58,508 nt of DNA, filler included, from Sphacelaria rigidula (GCA_964200075.2; 9 parts of 9 records of this genome joined end to end with filler, not necessarily neighbours in it); one strand, 5' to 3'; shown: positions 24,291 to 37,800, counted from the whole stretch's first letter. The notes: generated by a model from the letters alone, not told the origin. A program made the numbers and translations.

Positions 24291-24740
24291 GGGTGCGCTT
24301 AATTTCAGTCAAATCCTTTCGGAAATGGAGCTCAGCACGACCAAGTCGATATTTCAGGATTCTGGTTTGTGACCCAAACCGTTCCAGCGTTGCCGAATGT
24401 TTTGATGACAGATTGCTCAATTTTTGACCGAAGGGAGAAATGGAAGAATTTCGTACTGAAAAGACGGAAAATATGAGCATTAGTTCATGCATGCCCTTGA
24501 TAACGTACGGAAAAGGTGTGGTTCCCAAAATGTTGACTGGAAAAGGCTGACCCCATTAGATATCATTAGAGTGCTGTTCTATCGCGGACGCTTTTCACAC
24601 AGCTCAACTACCGACACCGCTAGCACATAGTAAGTACGACCTGTCCATGTTGTCGTCCAATATTGAGATTTATCCGGCAAACTTGAGGACCACATGCGGT
24701 CGTGAGCGACATTCGGATCGATTGAAGAACAAGCATATAG

Positions 24741-25158
24741 TAGAGCTCGGAAATGGTACCAGTTAAAACTGGCCATTATCATTATAATGGTAATAATGGT
24801 AATGGTTATATGAAAGGTTTGGATAATGGTTTCAAACCATTATTTACCGTTACCGGCTTTGAAAGCCGTTACCGGCTACGTATGCTACATGCAGCCCTCG
24901 AAAATTGGCCCGAAATTCACGTATGTTTTAGCTCTCGTGAAGCCAAATCGCGTGAAAACGTGCTTTCAGCACGGCGCCTCCAGCGGGGTCCTCCGGGGGC
25001 ACCTCCGGCGGAACCCCCTCTGCCGGGGGGGGGGCTTTTTGGATCACGGCTGCGCCGCTCGATGACCGAACCATTATGTACCGTTTAACTGGTTAATGAG
25101 TGCGCTTCGCGTAACCATTCAACTGGTTAATGGTTAGACAAACCATTTCCGACCTCTA
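24741..25158. mobile_element. hAT-like MITE (418 bp) with 17-bp TIRs and an 8-bp TSD
   Basis: TIR TAGAGCTCGGAAATGGT / ACCATTTCCGACCTCTA (16/17). Flanks GCATATAG / GCATAAAG (7/8). Subterminal AATGGT/ACCATT repeats. Confidence 0.85.
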
Positions 25159-25782
25159 GCATAAAGGTCAAGATGTCTTCGCGAAATAGCCGAATATTTT
25201 GTACACCAACTGGCTCTCCTCACGCGCGTCAATGTACATGAATACTTTAGAACACGAGGTGACAAGAAACGAAACACAGCCGAAAACTATGCACCGTACC
25301 GTCTGCAGACGGCGAGCACGAGCATCAGCCCCCCGATGTGTTCCAACGTACGTGTCATATCATCAAACAGAGGAAACTAATCGATAACTGCACCCTGCGT
25401 ACCCCCCCGTACATGTCTCGCTACCGAAGCAGGGAAAGAAATCGAAAAGCGCACACGACATCGGGGCGGAATAACAGCAGCGCCGGCCGCAAGAGATAGC
25501 GGCCAGGAATTCGACGACGAGGCAGGCCTCATCACCCCGCCGGCCGAGCTGGGAAATCTTGGATTTGGCGGCCTTGGCGGTCGTGTGGGTGGCAGAGACG
25601 GGGTTGGTCACGGGAGAACCAAGGAAGAGAGGAGTTTCCTAGAGGTGCTTGTATACGGTTTTGAGATGAGGTTGCAGACATGTCATTTTAACTCTCTTGT
25701 GAGAGAGAAAAATGACTGTTCTAGTATGAAGACCTTTTGGACTGACCTCACAGTCTGAGTTTCGTGCATGGACCATTGGAAT

Positions 25783-25865
25783 AGGGTGTACTCATGATCT
25801 TATGGTCATGCATGCCATAGTCGTAGATCATTACATGCATGATCATGAGATCATGAGTACACCCT
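25783..25865. mobile_element. 83-bp miniature TIR element with an 8-bp TSD; related termini at 13025-13090 and ~26147-26208
   Basis: Perfect 18-bp TIR AGGGTGTACTCATGATCT / AGATCATGAGTACACCCT. Flanks ATTGGAAT / CTTGGAAT. Confidence 0.8.
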
Positions 25866-27044
25866 CTTGGAATGGGGGGGGGGGGGGGGGGGACTCATTT
25901 TTTTGTAACCTTTGGTGGGTGAACATTGCACCCCCACCTCCTTCTGGANNNNNNNNNNNNNNNNNNNNNNNNNNNNNNNNNNNNNNNNNNNNTTAATTAA
26001 TTAANNNNNNNNNNNNNNNNNNNNNNNNNNNNNNNNNNNNNNNNNNNNGGTTTTCAGTCGCCGCCAGACGTGCTGCTGCGTCTTTTCCTTTCTCCCGCCT
26101 CCCTTCACCAAGTCCGGCGAAAACCCGGCGTTCTCCGTCCCGGCTTTGTAGGGATGCGACATCAATGGTCCTATGAATATGCCATGCATGATCATGAGTA
26201 CACCCCCCTTACCCTCTTCCTGCTCGCGCACATTCTGCCGTCTTGTGTTGTCCGATTACGATAGTGTACGTAGCTACTCCTATCAATTTTCTCGAGGTCA
26301 ATCTGCCCCACCCTGTAATATACATATCTCACTTTGGCAGATATCCGCCCCGCCCCCCCCCCAATTTCTGTCCGTCCAGCAAAAACAAGGGCCACCACGC
26401 AAATACTGTACGCTGGGTTACCGTGAGGCTCAAGGTGTTGTTCCTGTCCCTTCGGCACCCGGGTTTGAATTCCTGAGGGAACCGCCGCTTCCCCCTAGTT
26501 CGCGCAACGCGATAGTGTCTTTCTGATCTCTTGTGTGGAAATTTTCGTTCCTTCCCTGAGTTTCTGGCCCTGTGTGACACAGTTTTGTTGGAGTCGTTAC
26601 CTGGTACACCCCCCTTACACGTATTTTCCCTTTTTAGTTCGGAGCGCAGCCGCCCTTCCCACTTAACAAGTTGCTACTGTTCCTCGTCACTGTTTGAGTA
26701 GCCGTGCGGCGTTGGAACTGGGCCCTTTGTTGTCAAGTCATCACGCTAACTTTACAGCCTTCCCCCAGCTTTGACTTTAGCAGTCCCTTTTTGTCTACTG
26801 CCTACGCCCCCTTTTACTGAGTGTTCCGATTGAGTATTTGTGATCGTCCCACACTCTACTTCACTATACTAATAGAGACTACCCTCCCGATTTTTGAATT
26901 GTTCAGTTTTATGTTTTTATCGAACAATTCTCTTGAGCATCCTAGTTTTGACTCGACGTAGTATTCCGCCCCTGTACTGTGGCTACCTGGACACCCTATC
27001 GCGCATTCGTGACTTCGATTTAAACAAAAAATCGAAGTCGCATA

Positions 27045-29065
27045 TTGGTTTTCGCCTATTGCCGTGGGCGTTTTGAACGTATAGCTGTGAAGCCGCTGAA
27101 TGCGCTCAACATATGTCGCGACGCATTACCACCGCTTCCCCCCCCAACACGGGAGCTCAACCGCTCCGCCGGACGCGGAGTCAAAGTAAAGAATCTGCCA
27201 GTATTTCGGGAAACAATGTTGATATCAACTTCCGTCTTGCGGAAACCAGCCTCGAGCGCTGCTCGATCTATCGGATTTGATAACCAATTCATGCAACCCC
27301 ACTTTTCTCCCGCCAGCTTGGACTCCGACCGTAGCGAGGTATCCCATACCCTACCCGCCCTCCCCGACAACAACCGCACTAGACTGACACACTCTGTGTT
27401 CCAACCCGGTGCCACGCTGGTGGCACCCGTGGTCCCACCCCCGCCACCTGACACAACCGTCAGTGATGATCCTTCCATGAAACACTGGGCGTCCAGACCC
27501 TCTTCCACGCCGGTGGCACCCGTGGTCGAGATCCCGCTACCTGATACCACCGATAGTGATAGCTACCCCCTAACACGCTCAGTGTTCCGATCTCCTACCA
27601 CGCTGGTGGCACCCGTGGTCGAACCCTAACCCCCTGACACTACCGACAGCGCGGGTCTGACCGCGCAGTCTTCAGTACCGTTCCGTTCCATCGTGCAGGT
27701 GGCACTCATTATCGAACCTCTGCCCGCTGGCACTACTGTCAGCGCGGCCCCGATGGTATACACTACACCGCCAACTGCAACTACTTTTACCGCCCCGACT
27801 GATTTTGATACTTTAGCCACTGTTCTTGAGTTTGCCTTGCGAAACATAATACACATGCCTTTAGCCCCGACGGTTGCTTCTGCCGCAAGTTTGAACCTGG
27901 CACCTGATCCTGAGGTCAGTTTGGCCACCGCATTGTAGGTCATGAGCAATACTCTGCTCCGTCCACATTCAGCTTCCATTAACATGCCGGTTGCTGTCGG
28001 TGACCAACCCCGTCAACCCGCGCCCACACGCGCAGGACCTGGGTTTTCACCCCCATCCCCACGACAGCGTTCCCCTCGGCACACTGCCGCCAGCACCGAC
28101 AGACCGACGCCCCACCGTGACGGCAGTTCGAGACACACCTCTCGTTCCTCCCGTTTTTCTACTGACTCGAGGGTCTCTTCATGTCGGCGTTCCCCACGTA
28201 ATCATGTTACTGTGCACGCTGACGCCAGTGAAGATATCTTGACAGATCTTCCTTCAGCACAGGAGTCGTCGATAGCGCATGTCAGTGACCAACCACCCTA
28301 CGACTCACGCCGTCGCCATCGACGAGCTCGACTCACCCGCGATTTCTCTTCTCGCTCTGGCGCTGCAGTCATCCGTTCCTTACGGTGACAACTTGTCGAC
28401 TCACAGTGCACAGCACCAACAACCGTGGACAACCCTATTTCTTCGCTCCCCATCTCAACCCCACCGCTGAAGTTTCTGCCGCCCCTGTCCCAGCTCCCGC
28501 TGCCGGCATTGCCCCGACCGCCACCGTCGCCGACACCGACGCTGACACCGACGCCGATAGTGGCAGTCGCACTGGCTCCCGGGTCTCTTGTGCACTCGCA
28601 CTCGCTTCAAACCCCCCTGCATCAATGGTCGCGCCGTCCATCCCTGCGCCCTCGCCGCCGCAGGATCGTCCACAGTTGGGTCCGGAGAAGTGCTCGCTTG
28701 TGTTTCTCCCACGTATTTTCATGACCCATGGTCGCACTGTCCAATAACAACTTAAACACGAGTATGCTCTCCACGCGCCAGCCATGATATATTATTTTAT
28801 CAATCGGCAACGCAACGTAGATGCAGCGGCGTCTACTTTCCCCACCGAGGAGTATCACGCTACACTCCGCAAACTAGAGAAGGAGCGCCGACGAGTCGAA
28901 AACGCACGTACAGCTGCTCAACGTTCGCTGACGGAGATCCGCGCGACGACGCAGCAATAGGTTCAGATACAGCACACAGCCGCACGGCTGCAGGAAATTG
29001 ACTCCCACATGGAGCAGCACCGAGCCTCTCACGCCATAGCCGCCCCTCGCACTCACCCCAATCCA

Positions 29066-29120
<55 letters not shown>

Positions 29121-31050
29121 GAACCGCCCACCCCGACACCGGCGCCACATCGCACCGCTTTCCCATCTTCTATTATGACATCCCTTGCTTCACGCTTTCT
29201 GTGCAGAGTCTTGCGGGCAAGTACACCGTCACGAATTATTTGCAAAGCTCTCGTGAGGATTGGCTAGCGCTCGTTCGACCACTCCAGGGTGCGGTAGCTT
29301 CCTATCTTGACCATGACGGGGTGTGTCCTCCCGACGGTCCTTGTTCGCTCATCATCGGCATAGTCCGCCATATCCAACAAACCACCACTCCTTACGAAGT
29401 GTTCATTGTCGACCTTTTCGACGTGTTGCGCGCCGTCTTTGAGACCGCTACAACCCAAGGTGATGGCTGTTGTATCTCGGATGCCCCTGGTCACCGACGC
29501 CACGGGCACGATGTTGCCGACCATGACCGCAATCGCGGCGGCGGTACTCGCAACCACCACGGAGGTGGGAACTCCTCGCCTGGAAGGACCCAACTACGCT
29601 GTGTAACCCGTCCCACCACCGATTTGAACAGGACACACCAGAGTGGAGGCTGGTCGAGCTCTTGTTCCACCGAGCCCAGGATTCGGTCTGCCACGAACTC
29701 GCCCCCGTCGACTCCTGCCGACCTACGTCGCGATACACCGCGTCTACCAGATGTTTCGGGTCATATTTCAGGCCTTTTGGATGACGACAACTCACGTGAA
29801 CCATTATCTTCCACTTCGGCTAGCACTCTGGCTGTCGCCGCCGTCAACCGAGAGCAAGCCGCAGTTAGTGTAGCAGCGGCCGCCGCTCAAGCTGAATCCG
29901 CCCGCTTCGCCGCCATTTTGCGAGAATACATTCAGATGTATGTGAAAAACACTTTGGCATGTTAGAACCATGCCGGCAGCCGACAACGAAGACTCGGGGG
30001 AGTTCACTGCTGCCCTCATCACATCTATACGTCGTACTGTTCGAAACATTCTTCGGCCAGCACACTCGACGGGTGCTAAACGCTTTGAAGATTCCGACTG
30101 AGTTGATTGTTGGCAGACTCCTATCGATAAATCTCTCCACTGCCCCATCAACCGTCGCTCGCCCGATACTGCCGATGGTCTGACACAAGTCCTTGATGGT
30201 TTCATGGCCGCCATGGACCCGTACCGCGCCTCGGGCAAGCCATGCCCGGCTTTACTCCGTGACCTGGAGCGCCGTGTGACCGGCTACTTCGATCGCAGCA
30301 CTCAAGAAAGTGCTATACAACGACTTGGTTCTTTCGGTGTCGGAACACACGTTCCCATCGCGTTTCCAGCACTATGTGGGTAGGCCGCCAGACTGGGCCG
30401 TCGGACGCAATATGTCAATCATATGCGAGGAATTTTGTGTCCGAGTAGTTTCCGACACTGATGCCATCGTCGTTTCCAGGTGCTTTAGCACACCACGAAG
30501 TGCCTTATTCCTCTGTAGGTGTGATGTGGAATGCGTTTGTACATTGACAAAATTGCTTGGCGCCAGCCATTTGCGGCGAGAAGTATTCTCCTGTGCATTC
30601 TCAGTCTGCTTCTGTGTCTCCTTCGACCCCTTCAGGGTCCCGTAGCCGGTCTCACACTCCGCCTCGTTCATAATGGGTGAGCGCCTCAGTCGCTGGCTCC
30701 GTCATGAGTGTTGCAAATAAGAGAGACCCGTTCCGCGCCAGTTTCAATGGCTGGCCGCACTTCGCTGAGACTTCGGATGCTGTTTATACTGTCTCTGCCT
30801 CAGCATTTACAACAGAGGATCCACATTTGTGGAATGAACTTCCCTTGTCTGCTGCTGGACTAGATGACTTCAGTCGTCATGCGAAAAGTTGCATCAACTG
30901 TAACACCCAAGGCCACGGTCTGCGCGAGGCCACGGTATGCGCGGTTGTACTCGTCCTCGTATCGATGCTTTCGACCTCATGAACCCTGATCTGCAGGAGA
31001 ATGAACCAGCGTGGCACCGATGACAGAAACGTAGAGGTTAAGGTCCCAAT
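27045..31050 (+). pseudogene. Degenerate Pro/Thr-rich gag-like ORF remnant of an unclassified retroelement
   Basis: A chain of broken + strand ORFs (27045-27629, 27693-27938, 27942-28388, 29009-29965, 30677-30982) ending in a zinc-knuckle-like CINCNTQGHGLRE at ~30889-30927 (last Cys missing). No pol motifs follow. Confidence 0.45.
27385..27645 (+). repeat. Three ~93-bp coding tandem repeats (T-L/P-VAPVV...PDTT)
   Basis: CCACGC(T/C)GGTGGCACCCGTGGTC at ~27412, ~27504 and ~27597. Confidence 0.85.
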
Positions 31051-31299
31051 CAAGGTACGCTTGAGGCACCTGACGGGAAAACTCTGTTCGTGGGAACCAC
31101 GACACGTAGAACAATGCCCAGATTATCCGGAGAGAAAAATTAAATCCTCTACAACCTAAGCTTTTCAGAATTAAAAGAATAACCGAACCAAGTTGCAGGA
31201 GTAGATGTGGAGTATGGTTCTGTTGACGTGAAAAATGCGGCCAAAACACCCTCTGTTTTAATTACGGTACACTTCATGCAGCAGTTGATATCTCGCGAC

Positions 31300-32155
31300 C
31301 TTAGACGTCTCAGACCTTCTCCTTTGGTTCAAATGTTCATGAGGCTAGTGCGGTCCGTTTCGGAGAATACAAATGAAAAAAATACTCAATACGGGGATGG
31401 AAATCGCCTATCCCCTGGTTTTCGGAACAAATTTCGCCATGAAGTCGGTGTTTGGCAACGCCGTACTCGACGAAACCTTTTGTATTTTTCTTTTCAACAG
31501 TAATCTCCTAAAGTTTGATGTTCATCGGTTCCGATTAGAATACTACATGACGCATGTTGAGTGATGCCCCCATATTACTCATTTTTCACCAGAAATTGAT
31601 AGAGCTCATGACTACGACAATGCAAGACCTGGGACTTTTCAGACCTTCTCATTTGGTAACAATGTTAACGAGATTAGTGCGGTCCGTTTTGACGAAAACC
31701 AAAATCATACGGGGATGGAAATAGCACATCTCCTTGTTCTCGGAAAAAATCTGGCCTTTATAGTCAGAGCTTGGCAACGCCGTACCCGACGAAAACATTT
31801 TTTCTTCTTTTTCCCCTTTTTAATCCGTCGAAAAACATTCTGACAATAATCTCCCAAAATTGGATGATCATGAGTTACGATTAAGGTGCTATGACGCACG
31901 TTGAGTGATACCCCCTAGTCACTCAGTTTTCACCAGAAATCGACAAATACTACGAAAAAGGAACACCTGGACCTTCCAGATATTTTTGTTTGGCACAAAC
32001 CTGTGCGCATCACAATGCACCACAATGCATCACTTTCCGACACCAAAGAGGGAAAAGAGACAACTCGGGGATTGAATTGGCCTATCCCCGGATGTTTGGA
32101 ACAAATTGGAGCATTCTTCTCAGTGTTTGGCAACGCCAAACTCGACGAACATGTT
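31300..32155 (+). repeat. Diverged tandem repeat, ~330-bp unit, about 2.5 copies
   Basis: CAGACCTTCTC..TTGG, TAGTGCGGTCCGTTT, ATACGGGGATGGAAAT, TTGGCAACGCC and TTTTCACCAGAAAT recur at regular spacing. Confidence 0.85.
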
Positions 32156-32365
32156 CGTAGAGCTCTATGTTTTCCGCTTGAATAGAGCTACCCAACCAAT
32201 TGGAACTAGTTTCGACACAACTCCCGCCAAAGTTGGTGTTCGACGGATGTGACTGAGTTTACAATGAGACACGTTTGCTGCCCCCCCCTCCCCCCTCCCC
32301 TGCTCCGTCTCGAATGGGATGTGTGGTCCATGGTCAGACGGCTAAGGCAAGCAACAAATGAGTAC

Positions 32366-32410
<45 letters not shown>

Positions 32411-33139
32411 ACCCCTCCCCCACAACCCCCCGCCACCACCCCGACACCAAACGCGCACCCNNNNNNNNNNNNNNNNNNNNNNNNNNNNNNNNNNNNNNNN
32501 NNNNTTAATTAATTAANNNNNNNNNNNNNNNNNNNNNNNNNNNNNNNNNNNNNNNNNNNNAAAGTGTGGGGAAAGCACTGTTTTAGGCTTGAGCCTCATC
32601 TCGAAGTTAAACCTCAATTCTCACAATTTGTTGTTGTATGTAGAACTGCGATATAAAAAAAGGCTTCGGGTGATTCGGGAAACGTCTGCCGATCGACTCA
32701 TCAAGGAAAATTTCGAGACTCGCAATAGTTGTGGATCTTGTATGAGAGCACACGAGAGAGACATGCAGCTGTTATAGCTATATCAAGGTCTAACGGGACA
32801 GGTGACAGGGCCTCTTTTTCCCCTTGTTTTCCTTCATTCCTTCCCTGATTACGCGTTTGCCTCGTATTTTTGTTCTCCTTCCTCGCTGTACGCTCGCATG
32901 TGCTTTTTCTCTCTATAGTTGTCCTTAGGCATACTTGAGTGGGGCGCCGGCGAATGCTCCCAGCCCTGGCGGGTTCCATATATATGTTGGTGCCACCCAG
33001 AGTTGACCATTCCAGCACACGCCAACAGCCCCCTCGTCAAGCCAACACGGAAGGGTGGGATGCGAGTCACGCGGGTGCGTGGTCTGGCATCATTTGACAC
33101 CGCCGTGTTGGGTGAGTAGTACCTTTCACAAGCACCGTA

Positions 33140-33557
33140 GGTGAGGTAAGTACCCGGTACCGGTACTTGTACTTGGGACGTCTCATAGCCTCCCAATACC
33201 GGTCCAATCGGGTATTTTCAAATGTCATACCCACGATACCCACGATACCACGGTATTTCGAGACTTCAGTACCTACCGCACCCGCTCAATCGGGTATTTT
33301 CAAAACTCAAACCCACGATACCCACGATACCACGGTATCTCGAGATTTTAATACCTACCGTACCCGCCCAATCGGATATTTCCAAATGTCGTATTTACGA
33401 TGCCGATGATATCACGGTATTTCGAGATACCAATACCTATCGTACCCGCTCAATTGGGTAATTTTCAAAATTTATACCTACGATGCGATACCTACGCATA
33501 CCACAGTGTGGAATACCCCGGTAAATGCCGGGGGTACGCTCGGTACGGTACCTTACC
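33140..33557 (+). mobile_element. MITE-like element with internal ~81-bp tandem repeats; second partial copy at ~34258-34525
   Basis: Ends GGTGAGGTAAGTACC / GGTACGGTACCTTACC. The unit AATCGGGTATTTTCAAA...ACGATACCACGGTATTTCGAGA is repeated about 4 times. Confidence 0.75.
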
Positions 33558-34865
33558 AATGGTTCCTGTGGAAGCTCCCATATTCCACCACGCCAGATAA
33601 CACCCGTTCTCAGAAGCATGCTGACTCCATCCATCTCATTCTTAGTTACCATCCCAACCCTGCAGCATCGAGTACGAGGTGAGCATGGGGATAAATATGC
33701 TGCAGTAGTTGAGTATGCTTTGTTTGTTTTTTTATTGGCGAAAACTTGCGCATCTTCTTCCATGGTATATCAGTGACGGAGCTGCGTGGTACGGTGGGCA
33801 ACCGAGTTGGGTACACGCTCATGGACAGTGCAGGTAGTACAAAGCTGCACGTTGTTGAAGTCCTTTTCACGTCGCATTGTAAGAAGAGAGAGCTGATAGT
33901 CCTGGGCTGTCTGCACTGCACGTTGGGCGCTTCTCTTGAAACTCTTACTGTGCGAAACACGCACATACGAACGCGAGACACACTGCTTGCAAACGGTGCA
34001 GACAGCATAGACTGTCTGTGCTGTACACGAGTGATCATGCACCGTTTCACGAATTCCACCGTCTTTTTTCGATCGGAAGCTTGGAAATTCGATTGGGTCT
34101 AACTCGACAAAAATGTGCGATTTTCGCTCAAATCAATTCCACCGCCACATTGTTTCGATATATATATATATATCTATACATATATATTTATTTGCCAAGA
34201 CACGCCCTGAAATGCTTCTCCGCACTGCCGGATGACAGTTTTGAATTTGGTATAAAGGGTGAGGTAGGTACCAGGTACTGGTGTTTGGAACATCTCATAC
34301 CCTACCGATACGGACCCAATCGGGTATTTTCAACACTCATACCTACGATACCCACTATACTACATTATTTCCAGATACCAGTACCTAACGTACCTGCCCA
34401 ATCGGTCATTTTCATATTACGTCATACTTACGATTCATACGATACCACGGTATTTCGATATACCAATACCTACCGTAGCCGCTCAATCAGGTATTTCAAA
34501 AACCATACCTACGATACCCACGATATATAGACTCTGCCAGACGATCTCGACAATAATAGGACTTTCAACGAGGGACTCCTCCAGTATCACTGGCCTCGTG
34601 CTCGACAAGTCCTTCATTCTCGCTTGTTACTATCACGGGGTGATCCTCAACAGACCACATCACAAGCCAGACAGCGACGGGGCCACACAGATACGGGCCA
34701 TCAATTCAGGATCCCCTGTCCCCTGTCGCTGCTCCAACCATGCATGCGATGAAACTGAAACCTATGACTTGGTACCATTTGGTTACAGCATCCTCAAAGC
34801 GAGTTCAAGACAAACGAATGAGCTTGGCAACCAATAAAAACCAAGGCGACATTGCATGCGCCAGA

Positions 34866-37800
34866 TCACAAAGAAATACCATACTCCGACGCTAATTTAC
34901 TTGTCAGCGCCCGAGTCAACCGCAGTTTACGCAGTTCCTTCTAAACAAATTCAGGCGCAGAACAATGAATCTTGCGAAGAGACTCCCACGTACGTTCTTC
35001 AGCACCGAACCCGTCCCAATCGACTAAAACAATGGCCTCACCATTGTCATCCTCAGCGACGTGCATCAAAGCATTCATCCGACGTTCACCTTAAGCATAC
35101 GAATGCTGAACTGCGTCTTATATTTCCGCAGTGATGTGCAACTGCGAGTCAGCATAGAAGCACAAACGAGCGACATGGGCCGAGCGCACGGCGCCAGAAA
35201 CAATGTTCTGCACCGAATACACGTGAGCGTGATTGGCTCCGACCACTCGCCACGGACCTGTCCACGTGGACATCAACTTTGGCGTCACACCTTGCCTACG
35301 AACACGGGCAAACTTGGGCAACACAGCCTGGTCCTGAGCAAGCTCGCCTTTGGTTTCGCAAGACATGGCGACAGCAGCTTGTACTTCGTTCCAGAGCCGC
35401 ACTTGCTCGTCAACCACGCCTCGAACCTTGTCACGCACCGAATCAGCATCCATGACATTGACGTTCCACTCGCCGCCAGTGACAGGAGCCAGCGCGGAAA
35501 ACGCTGTACGCGGCGCACGCCCAAACATCGCACAATACGGAGTGATACGATTGCGTTCACGAAGAATAGTATTCAATGCTCACTGAGCGGCTGGCAAAAC
35601 ATCAACCCATTCAGACACCGGCCGTTTCCATTCCGACAAAATGGACCGCAACGCATGAATAGCCTCTTTCACCATGGGTTCACAAGCACCATTCGACCAA
35701 GGGATATATACAACAGAAAATTCGAGTTGCACCTTGCGCGCGTCGCTCAGCTGCGCGATCTCTCGATTCTTGAAGCGCGTGGCGGTATCACTAACCCGCC
35801 CCCAAAGTCTTGCACCAATGGAGCAAGTGCTTCGCCGTAACCTCGGCGGTGCGAGCCCCGTTGGGCTCCAACCAAACGAAATTGCATAAATCATCCATGA
35901 TAACCAAAACGTATCGAACACCATCCTCATCAGGCAAACCATTAGCAACTTTGGCTCCGCCACTTCCGACGTACAGAAAATCAAAGTGAACAACTCCACC
36001 TGGCGCAGTGCCATGCACAGTATCGCCATATGGACGAGGTATAATCGCACCAGCTCGATTTTTTACACAATGCAAACACTGGTGAACGAACTCGCGAACG
36101 TGGGAATCCATGTGAGGCCACATACAGTATTCTTTCAAACGAAACAGGATCAGCGCCACACCACGGTGACCAGCCGACCGCGTGTGAGCGCACACCATCA
36201 AGCCAGTCCGTAGAGCCTTATTATCCGACGGAATCTACACAACATCATTACTGCCAACACGCACGCGAAACAATCCATTGTCAGCCAAAGTAGCTTGACC
36301 GAAAGTCGTAGAAAAAGAGTGAACACCGTCGCCGACTGTTTTGCGCTGCGCGCTACGAATGACATCTAACGAGGGCAGCGAATCATCGTCATCACACGGG
36401 CTGTACACGGCAACAGAATGAACAGGCGCGGTAGGAACCTTCACCCAACGAGACGACAAATCTCCCCAATAATTGCGCTCCCCAGGAATGTGTTCAATTG
36501 CATTCCGATATTGGCCGGGTACTCCTTTCCAATTTTCAAGTCATTGTGCCATGGCCTTCGTCACCGATGTGACACACTCTTTGGGGTTAAAGATATATTT
36601 TAGATTGCGATGATCGGTGAAATCGCGAACACCCCCCCAAAGCAAGTCCTTTAGCCTTCGAAACGTATTGACTATCGTGAAACCTTCTTTGTCGACTGCC
36701 GCCTACCGCAACTGTGAACCCTTCAAGCTACCACTCAGAAAGGCCAACGATTCATGTGACACGTTTTTGAGCGCAATGCCACCATTAAAATCGGCGAAAG
36801 GCACTTGCGTGAAAAACTACCCCGGTGAAGATGCGGAGCATCTGGAAGCATCAGAACAGTGCATCCTGGACGATAATGATACAGCGGCACCGCTTGCGCC
36901 ACCAAATCTTGCGCAGCACGCCATGCTCGCACACGATCCTCCGTCCAAGCGTCCTCATGGATGATACGATTATGCGCCACCCTCTTGGTCCGACCCGAAG
37001 CCTCGACCATAAGTTGTTCCAAAAACACTCGAAGCGGCGCAACTACTCCCGCAATGCGCGAGAGCGAAGTCCGCAACCAATTCACCGCCCGCAGAGACTG
37101 CATCAGCTCACTAGCGGTTTGAGGACGTCGCATATTGCTCAAACCTTGAATGCAGACAAAATCATGCGAAACAGTACCCTTGGAGTACACCTTATCACAC
37201 CAAACCACTTCGCGGGCAAAAACAATACACTTCTGCGCAGCGACGAACAGACAAATTATCTCCAAGCGGCCGAGAATGTTGTCAGGCAAAGCTAGCAATG
37301 CTTCTTCGGTTTCAGCAAAATCGAAAACGTCATCCACCCACACTTGACAGCCTAGACCTCGCAAAATGTCAGTCAGAACACCTTGGAAATACACCGTGGC
37401 GTTCAACACACCCTGCGGGACACGAGTAGGCGTAAACAAACCGTCAGGTGTGACGATCATGAAGATCTTCTGAGCCGCCGGCGCCAAAGGCATCTGTCAA
37501 TACCCCTGTAGCAGGTCCAACTTGCCGGAGCATTGGGCTCCCAGCAACTCCCGCACGTCTGCTTGGCTTAGCACCACCCCCGGAGACTGATCCACTTGCG
37601 CGTTCACCACCTGATAGTCGCTCACGAAACGGAATGTGTCCCTCTTCGGCACCGCCATCGCCGGACTCGCCCACACAGCCTGGATGTACCTAACCACTAA
37701 ACCAAACGCCCCCAAAGCTGCGATGCATGAGGCAAATCGCCCTGTCTTCACCGGATCGTAACGTCTGGGCTTGGCCTTCACCGTCTTTGCTTGCGGCTTG

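Noticed and set aside
29009..29965. 318-aa ORF as an intact extensin/formin-like host gene
   Set aside because: The poly-Pro comes from a homopolymer C run, and the frame appears to shift within a decayed larger ORF.
35061..35840. 259-aa plus-strand ORF
   Set aside because: Antisense to the Gypsy integrase; no independent motifs.
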